A stretch of DNA of 60,525 bases. It comes from Basidiobolus meristosporus CBS 931.73 (lineage: Eukaryota; Fungi; Basidiobolomycota). The notes under the pieces were generated by a model. It ran no database searches and had not been told where the DNA came from. It saw only the letters and a program-made list of their open reading frames with translations. Location: contig MCFE01000540.1 in the NCBI GenBank assembly GCA_002104905.1, positions 1 through 60,525 of the forward strand, in the 5' to 3' direction. A program made the translations under genes and the position numbers. Positions 53,630 to 60,525 of the stretch are shown one piece after another; within the stretch, counting starts at the first letter, position 1; every line of letters starts with the position of its first letter.

Positions 53630-54764
53630 TTAATGCGTTTTTTTGGATGATGATGGGATTGCTTTGCGAGGTATTAGTTTGAAAGCAACAGAGACGAGCA
53701 ACCATCTCATGAGGAAGGTGAGGGGTAAACAAAGAAGATGCATGCCTAAGCGATAGAATTTACCGAATACGGGTAATAACTGCACAGGTGGGGATAGTTG
53801 ATAGTTCAAGTTTTGGCCGGAAACCAATGCAAAGGGCAACAATATAACTACATTATACAAAGCATAGAAACAGTGGGAGGCAAGGGTCATACTAACAGAG
53901 GGCTTCCAGACTGCAACTTTGCGAGTATAGAAGATGTAGAGAGGTGTCAACAAGATTAACCAGTGCTCTGCGTGACAAAGAAACCGGGTTAGCGACGAAT
54001 GCTGGGATATACATCCGGGTCGGCACCTACCAAGAATGAAATTCTCCACTTCGAGAAATAACGTATATGATCTGTAGTCCGGGAATAAAAGGGCTAGGAT
54101 ACTAGAAGAGCGTGGGGATTAGCGGGGATCAGACAAGATGTGGGCGCGGGGATAACTTACGTTCCCCACATGATGTTGAGGTAAACGTTGAATAAAACAT
54201 GAGGCAATCTCCAGGTCTTTGGGCAAATAAGGACAGTAAGAAGAATAACCAGGCTCACGTGGCACGGTTGTAGGAGAAAGATGGTGCTATCGGTCATATA
54301 CTTGTGGGCAGCAACCAACACCAAGGAGAACGATAATACAGTGATGACCAGTTTTTCGCACAGAGAACGAGGATACGAGGGCACATCAATTCTGTTGGCC
54401 TTCCTGTTGAACACAAATCAGAGTTAGAGCGTGTGGGCTGAAACTGCCACAGTGCTGCAAGCTTACGCATTTTTGAATCCCCTCTTATAAAAATATGTGG
54501 CAGCAAGGGTGAAAATGGACAGATAGGATAGGAATTCGATGGTGTGCTGTCTAGGGCTTATGAACCTGAATCAACGGTATCGTTAATGGAAAGCACAGAT
54601 GTAGTCTGGCTGAAGAGAACCAACCAAGAACCGGCATAGCCACTGGACCAATCGGTCTCAACTGGCATATCCTTGCTGCTAATGAGCTTGGTGAAATCGA
54701 CCAGGGGCTCAAAAAGCATCTTCTCAAAATAAGAGAGCAGATTTATCTCGGAAGTTTGGTTCAT
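53630..54764 (-). CDS. TMEM164-like multi-pass membrane protein
   Basis: Spliced ETDWSSGYAGSW|FISPRQHTIEF, IFLLQPCHV, ENFIL|EHWLILLTPLY and NLNYQLSPP. Ends KKTH, a di-lysine-like ER signal. Confidence 0.8.
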
Positions 54765-56462
54765 TAGAGCTAGCCAGCAGCTTTAGCGTGCAAAGGAAAG
54801 AGGGAAGGCTACCGAAGGGGAATCTGCGGTGGGCTGATAAAAATATTTGCTTACACCTGCAGGAGATCCATCCAAAATTTTAGGGTTAAATATGAAATCG
54901 GTGACTTGTATTGGTCATTTAGAACTGGATAAACTCGGCGATAATCAGGCGATGACAAACATGATACTTCAAGCTTTCTAGAATAGAGAAGGCCAATATA
55001 TACAAAGGGCCAACGGGGCCAGCTGATTGGCCCTTGGAGATCAGCTGAGCAGAATCTTCCATTTCTAGACAACGAGATTTCAGTTTGGACCATTCATAGC
55101 GCAGGAAACTCTGAATTCGCTCCGTGTCCAATATAGCAATCATATAGCTTGCTTTGTCGAGTTCCACTGCTTCTCTGTTTCTCTGATACGTGACTGCGTA
55201 CCTGGCTAGTGCTGAGCCGCCAAGAACATCCTCGGAGCATGGCCCACTGCAGCACACCGCAGAGTGATGACTGTGGCCCGCGATTTCTCGGCGGTGATTA
55301 TCTGTGCGATTGGACGCATTAACAGCCACCAGGGGCTGCCGAAATGCCAGCAGCACATCGAGTACTACACCCGGGAGCACGAGGGGCAGCGTTTGCTCTG
55401 ATGGGTTTCCAAAGTATGGGGTTGATGATGGTGGCCATGGTGCAACCGTGCCCCAGGGACAGTTTTTTTAGCTTTCCTGCGTTCCCCAGCACCACCCGTA
55501 TCGTGTTTCTGCCAACCCAACCGAGTGAGGTTCATTCGAAGTATATGGTTAGCCAACACGCTGCTCGGTACTTCGGTAACCATTGCCGCAGCCGCTGGAT
55601 CCACGGAAGCGCTCCGTCCTCAAATCGCCAATCGATTTCAGCTGTGACTGGATAATTGGCCCTCGGAATGTACTACGCCATCGATGCTGCTTCATTTGGA
55701 GTTCCTTGAGAATTAATTAAGCTCCACTGCTGATGGAACTGGCTCATGCCTGGCTTGCTGCACGGTGGTCTCATGTCAATGGCTTCATATTTATCTTTAT
55801 CCTCACCCATGTTGCTTGTTGCAGTCATTTAGTTTCCCGCAAGCGTCCGGCGTTGACGGCCATTAGCTGCTGCCACCACCTAAGGGCACCTCAACCCGAA
55901 GTACCTGAATCTTAGCCAGATGTGCTACTTGCTGCCGAGAGTGCTTCAGCGTGGAGATTGGTGCCGAGTGACGTGCATACACCCAACTCTGCAGGCATTA
56001 TCTCTGAAGTTCCACACAGAGTGTATTGATGAAAGGCAACCTGAGACTATCTAGTGAGCTGTGTACCAACATTCCGACCCATTGTGCATGATCCAAGATT
56101 TCGCCGGTTATTGCTTCGATTGTTGAAGTCGCCCACATGCGTGACAGATAGGGTTACTCGACGTTATCGCAGATCGCTCAATATCCGCCTCCATAATGCA
56201 GCCCTGTCAACCAACCACTTTGTTCCAGTGCTTTCTGGGGTAATCAAATACGCCTTGAATTCTGGTGGTGCTCCCGATCCCCATTGGTCATCTGTGGCGT
56301 GTTAAGTAACCTGAGCTTAGCCACCATTGCAAATGATTAGCATCATTGCGCCTATGGTTCAACTGTTGTCAATTTCGATGTTTAGAAGGGTCCCAGCAGC
56401 ACATAAGCAAAATTTGGGGGCATCTGGATCACATTCAGTCATTACATGCTCTGAATTCCCGG

Positions 56463-57312
56463 CCCCTATGAAAAATCACGGTGATGACCCAATCAGAAGA
56501 CCACCGCAAAATTGAGATCCCATGACTAAGAGGTATTGAGGCCATCAGAACACCATACAAGAACTATCTGAATGAAATTGCACTCGGAATATCCAAAAAA
56601 CCTTGGTCAAATTTTCTCACTTTGACAGCTCTTGAGTTGCTGTTGCTTGGTTGTCTGCCTCCTTTCTCATTTCCTGATCCCAGGCACTCAATCCACCTCT
56701 ATGCTCTTGCACATTGATTGTGTTTTATGTTTTGTAATTCCACCTAAATAGTCACCCAACTTAGTCACTTAGATCATTGCCTAAAAATCTTAGAGAATAC
56801 TAACAAAATTCCTTGCTGGGATCTATTTAGAATATTTTCACCAAGACATCAGGTGCCCAGAACATGAAAATTTGATAAGTTGACCAAACAGCCTCTACCT
56901 TTGACATATGTTTTTGGTGCTATCAGAGTATTGAAGATATTGAAAGTGATAGGAGAACAAGTAGATTACATGGTTTCAATTAATGATTATCCAATGTAAA
57001 AGTGGTATTTATGTTGTAAAACTTTGCAATTCTACCTAAGTATTCACCCCTCTTAGTCCCCTATGAAAAATAATTGTGATAATCCCATCAGAAGGCCATC
57101 ACAAAATTAAAATCCTGTGACAAAGAGGTCTTGATTCCATCAGGACACTATGCAAAGACTGTAAAAAAAATTGCACCCTGACTTTGCAAAAAACTTTGTT
57201 AAAAACTTTTCATAGCAACAATGCATAAGTGGCTTTTAATTGGTTCTCTGCTAATCCTCTCACTTTCTGATCCTGGACACTCAATCACCCCCTGTGTTTG
57301 TGTACATTGATT
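56463..57312 (+). repeat. Diverged ~255-bp direct repeat pair (about 56463-56720 and 57058-57312)
   Basis: Both copies begin cccctatgaaaaa, share atcagaag.cca and aagaggt.ttga, and end acattgattg. Weak, stop-riddled resemblance to the copia RNase H 'CDN...NP' region. Confidence 0.7.
56721..57056 (+). mobile_element. Degraded mosaic of copia LTR pieces
   Basis: 56721-56920 matches the LTR 5' half (+). 56921-57011 matches the LTR 3' part in reverse. 57012-57056 is a new TGTTG LTR start, truncated. Confidence 0.7.
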
Positions 57313-57433
57313 GGCTATTGCCTCTTTTCCACACTCTTTACTTCCTGACTCAACTAATGCTCTTACTTTGCATGCATACAAATTGGTTTATTTCTGTTGA
57401 AACTTGAGTTGTAACTCAATTGCCAATTGTGCT

Positions 57434-57910
57434 TGTTGTAAGAGTCTTGGAGATATTGGATGTGATTGGGAGAACAAGTAGATTATGTGGTTTTCACTTA
57501 TTGATTTATTGAATGTAAAAGTAGTATTTATACTTTTACATGGTCTTGGCACTACAAACACATAGAATGGTTTAAGGTGTTGTAAGAGTCTTGGAGATAT
57601 TGGAAGTGATTGGGAGGACAAGTAGATTATGTGGTTTTCACTTAATGATTTATTGAATGTAAAAGTAGTATTTATACTTTTACCTGGTCTTGGCATTACA
57701 AACACGTAGAATAGGTTAAGGAAGGTCCCAAGAACATGTGTGCAAAGTTTGGGGCTGTTTGGACAACTTATCTAATTTTCATGTTCTGGGTAAATTTTCT
57801 AAGTAAATCCTGACAAGGAATTTGGTCAGTATTCTCTAGGATTTGATGGTAATGATCTAAGTGACTAAGTTAGGTGAATATTTAGGTGGAAATACAAATT
57901 TTTTACAACA
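57434..57910 (-). mobile_element. Composite solo LTR: full LTR + CCTTA + LTR 3' half
   Basis: 57910->57578 is a near-identical reverse complement of 58293-58624 (TGTTG...CAACA). It is followed by CCTTA and a second LTR 3' half ending CAACA at 57434. Outer flanks AGTAC/AGCAC look like a target-site duplication with one mismatch. Confidence 0.88.
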
Positions 57911-58099
57911 GTACTGACCTATACAAGTCCCTATCCCCACCACTAGCATTAAGCCCAACCCCATGCCCAACAAGTAACTCCATTGAAATCCACCATTCAG
58001 TAAGTATTTCTGCTGTAACACTCTGTTTCCATGACTTTGAAAGGAATCCTGTGGCATTATGCCATTGTTCATCCACTGGTTCCTAAATGCCCTGGTCTT

Positions 58100-58292
58100 T
58101 GTTGTAAAAACTTGTAGTTCCAGCTAAATAGTCTCCTAACTTATTCACTTAGATCATTTCCTTCAAGTCCTAGTGAATACTGACCAAATTCCTTGTTGGG
58201 ATTTACTTAGAATATTTATCCAGAACATGAAAATTAGATAAGTTGTCCAAACAGCCCCAAACTTTGCACATATGTTCTTGGGACCTTCCTTA
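58100..58292 (+). mobile_element. Older LTR 5' half, interrupted at CCTTA
   Basis: Starts TGTTGTAAAAAC, is colinear with the LTR, and ends ...GGACCTTCCTTA directly before the next TGTTG. Confidence 0.85.
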
Positions 58293-58624
58293 TGTTGTAA
58301 AAATTTGTATTTCCACCTTAATATTCACCTAACTTAGTCACTTAGATCATTACCATCAAATCCTAGAGAATACTGACCAAATTCCTTGTCAGGATTTACT
58401 TAGAATATTTACCCAGAACATGAAAATTAGATAAGTTGTCCAAACAGCCCCAAACGTTGCACACATGTTCTTGGGACCTTTCTTAGCCTATTCTATGTAT
58501 TTGTAATGCCAAGACCATGTAAAAGTATAAATACTACTTTTACATTCAATAAATCAATAAGTGAAAACCACATAATCTACTTCTACTCCCAATCACATCC
58601 AATATCTCCAAGACTCTTACAACA
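58293..58624 (+). mobile_element. 5' LTR (332 bp) of a Ty1/copia element
   Basis: TGTTG...CAACA termini; followed immediately by a PBS-like 12-mer and the gag start. Confidence 0.92.
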
Positions 58625-58655
58625 GGCTACAAGCCCCAAGCTGTCACTCTCTGCA

Positions 58656-60525
58656 ATGTCTACTAATGCTATTACTGGAATTTTTCCCTCTGCTGATAAG
58701 TTGGATGGATCTAATTACCAAGTGTGGAAGGTGAAGATGAAAATGCTGCTACAAGAAAGAGGCCTTTGGGATATTGTCATGGGAGAAGAATGCCCTCCTA
58801 AAAATGTGGGAGAGGAAGCCTTTAAGTACCAGAAGAAACAACAAAATGCCTTTAACTGCATATGCCTTAATGTCAAGGACAAATTGCTAATTCAATGCTC
58901 AAGAGCAAAACAGCAAAGAATGCCTGGAAAGCATTAGAAGACACCTACCAGTCATGTTCAGCTGCTAAGAAAATGTATCAGAGACAAAAATTCTGTACCA
59001 CAAAGATGCTGCCAGGAGAAGAAATGAAAAATCTAATCAACAGAATTACCGTGCTGTTAGATCAGATGGAATTTGTGGGTGTACCAACTACTGATGAGGA
59101 TGTCATGGTTACCATCCTGGATAGCCTGAAAGACAGGTTTCAGGGCCTTGTATCAGCCCTAGAGTCCAGAACTGAAGATTTGACCTTAAACTATGTATAT
59201 GGAAGGCTCCTGGATGAAGAATTAAGAAAATCAAGCATCAATAAGAAGGAAGAAGAAAATGCCTTAATAAGCAATGGTGTCCAACAAAGGAAGAACCCAA
59301 GACCCTACAAAGGCAACAGTAACCTGTTTTGCAACTACTGCAAAAGGAAAGGACACACATCAGACCGGTACTTCAGAAAGAGAGACAGTCAGCAGAAAAA
59401 GCCTGAACATGGAAATGCTGCAACAACTGAAGATAGACTATTCATATCTGCACTAAATATGACCACAAACAAGGATTCTCAGACATGGTATACTGACTCT
59501 GGAGCATCTTGACACTTTACACACCTACAAGAACTTTTTACCCAATATCAAGAAATTCCAATTGAGAAGGTTTTCATGGGTGACTATAGAACACTTGATG
59601 CAGTGGGAGAAGGAACTATCCAAGTAAACCCAAGAAGCAGTGAAGGAAGCCATACACTGACCTTTAAAGAGGTACTTTATGTACCAGACATAGCCAAAAA
59701 TCTACTATCTGTAGGCAAGGCTACAGCAGAAGGACTCAGTTTTGCTACAGCAGAAGGACTCAGTTTTGGCTTTGACAATTCTGGATGCAAGATCACTGAT
59801 CAAAATGGTGCCCATATTGCTTGGGTATCAGAGATCAGAACCTATACAAGTTGACTTATATTCCATCATATTTGGAAGCCAATATAAGTAACTTAAATGA
59901 AGAAACAGCAATGCTTGGCACAGGTGATTTGGGCACATCAATTTTGATTATTGCGCAAAACCAATCCAAAGGTCAGCTAATTTCTGCAGTAAAAATTGAT
60001 CCCCCAGCAAATTTGGAGCACTGTGAAGCCTGCATACATGCAAAACAAGCCAGACAATTGTTCAAGAGCTCTGGGTTAATCAAAACTAAGAAAAAATTAG
60101 CTCTAATTCACTCAGATCTGTGTGGACCTATGCAAAATTTATCCTTAGGCAGGATGATGTATTTAATCACTTTTATTGATGATTAACAAAATACACCATG
60201 GGTTTACTTCATGGAGAAAAAGGAAAAGCTCTGTCTAAGTTCAGGGAGTTTAAAGCCATGGTGGAGAGAGAAACTGGTGAAAAGATCAAGAAAATACACT
60301 CTGACAATGGTGGAGAATATACCTCAAAACTCTTCATCCACTTCTGCAAAATTCATGAGATAAAGCAAGAGAACTACTGTACCATCCTCCCCACAGCAAA
60401 ATGAGTAGCAGAATGGTGCTAATAGATCAATAACTGATATGGCAAGATCTAAGATCCATGATCAAGAATTATCCTATGATATATGGGTGGAAGCAGTTGC
60501 CACTCCTGTATACCTTAAGAATAGG
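58656..60525 (+). pseudogene. Degenerate Ty1/copia gag-protease-integrase, running off the window end
   Basis: Gag KLDGSNYQVWKVKMKMLLQERGLWDIV, broken zinc knuckle CNYCKRKGHTSDRY, protease WYTDSGAS*H, integrase IHSDLCGPM and SDNGGEY. Several frameshifts and stops. Confidence 0.95.
59720..59767 (+). repeat. Perfect 24-bp tandem duplication inside pol
   Basis: GCTACAGCAGAAGGACTCAGTTTT x2, giving ATAEGLSF twice in frame. Confidence 0.95.

Noticed and set aside
56700-58624. CRISPR-like or satellite array in the AT-rich repeats
   Set aside because: The units are 140-330 bp with TGTTG...CAACA termini next to gag, so they are LTRs. There is no short repeat-spacer periodicity.

Overview
Gene-dense eukaryotic DNA with short (mostly 50-70 nt) GT-AG introns. 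It is most consistent with an early-diverging fungus (Zoopagomycota/Mucoromycota type; inference from intron size, ubiquitin 'NVKQKIQD', and YANK-, GUCD1-, TMEM164- and Phafin-like genes). I assembled about 21 spliced loci by hand. In order: end of a YANK-type kinase, RSC1/2-like Bromo-Ank-Bromo-BAH protein, ADE13, RPT2, tetra-ubiquitin, glutaredoxin, PWWP protein, a four-bromodomain pseudogene with three in-frame stops, a convergent pair of DUF1648-like membrane proteins, RHO1, FOX2, a Kel1/Tea1-like protein, a divergent pair of small CsbD-like proteins, a PH-FYVE protein, a nine-exon GUCD1-like gene not represented in the ORF track, TRM1, KOG1/Raptor, BDP1 and a TMEM164-like gene. The last ~4 kb is a CpG-depleted Ty1/copia graveyard. 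There, two separate LTR-in-LTR junctions use the same CCTTA site inside the element's own LTR, which is the most unusual structure in the window. No tRNA, rRNA or CRISPR array was found. Family assignments come from recalled motifs, not database searches.
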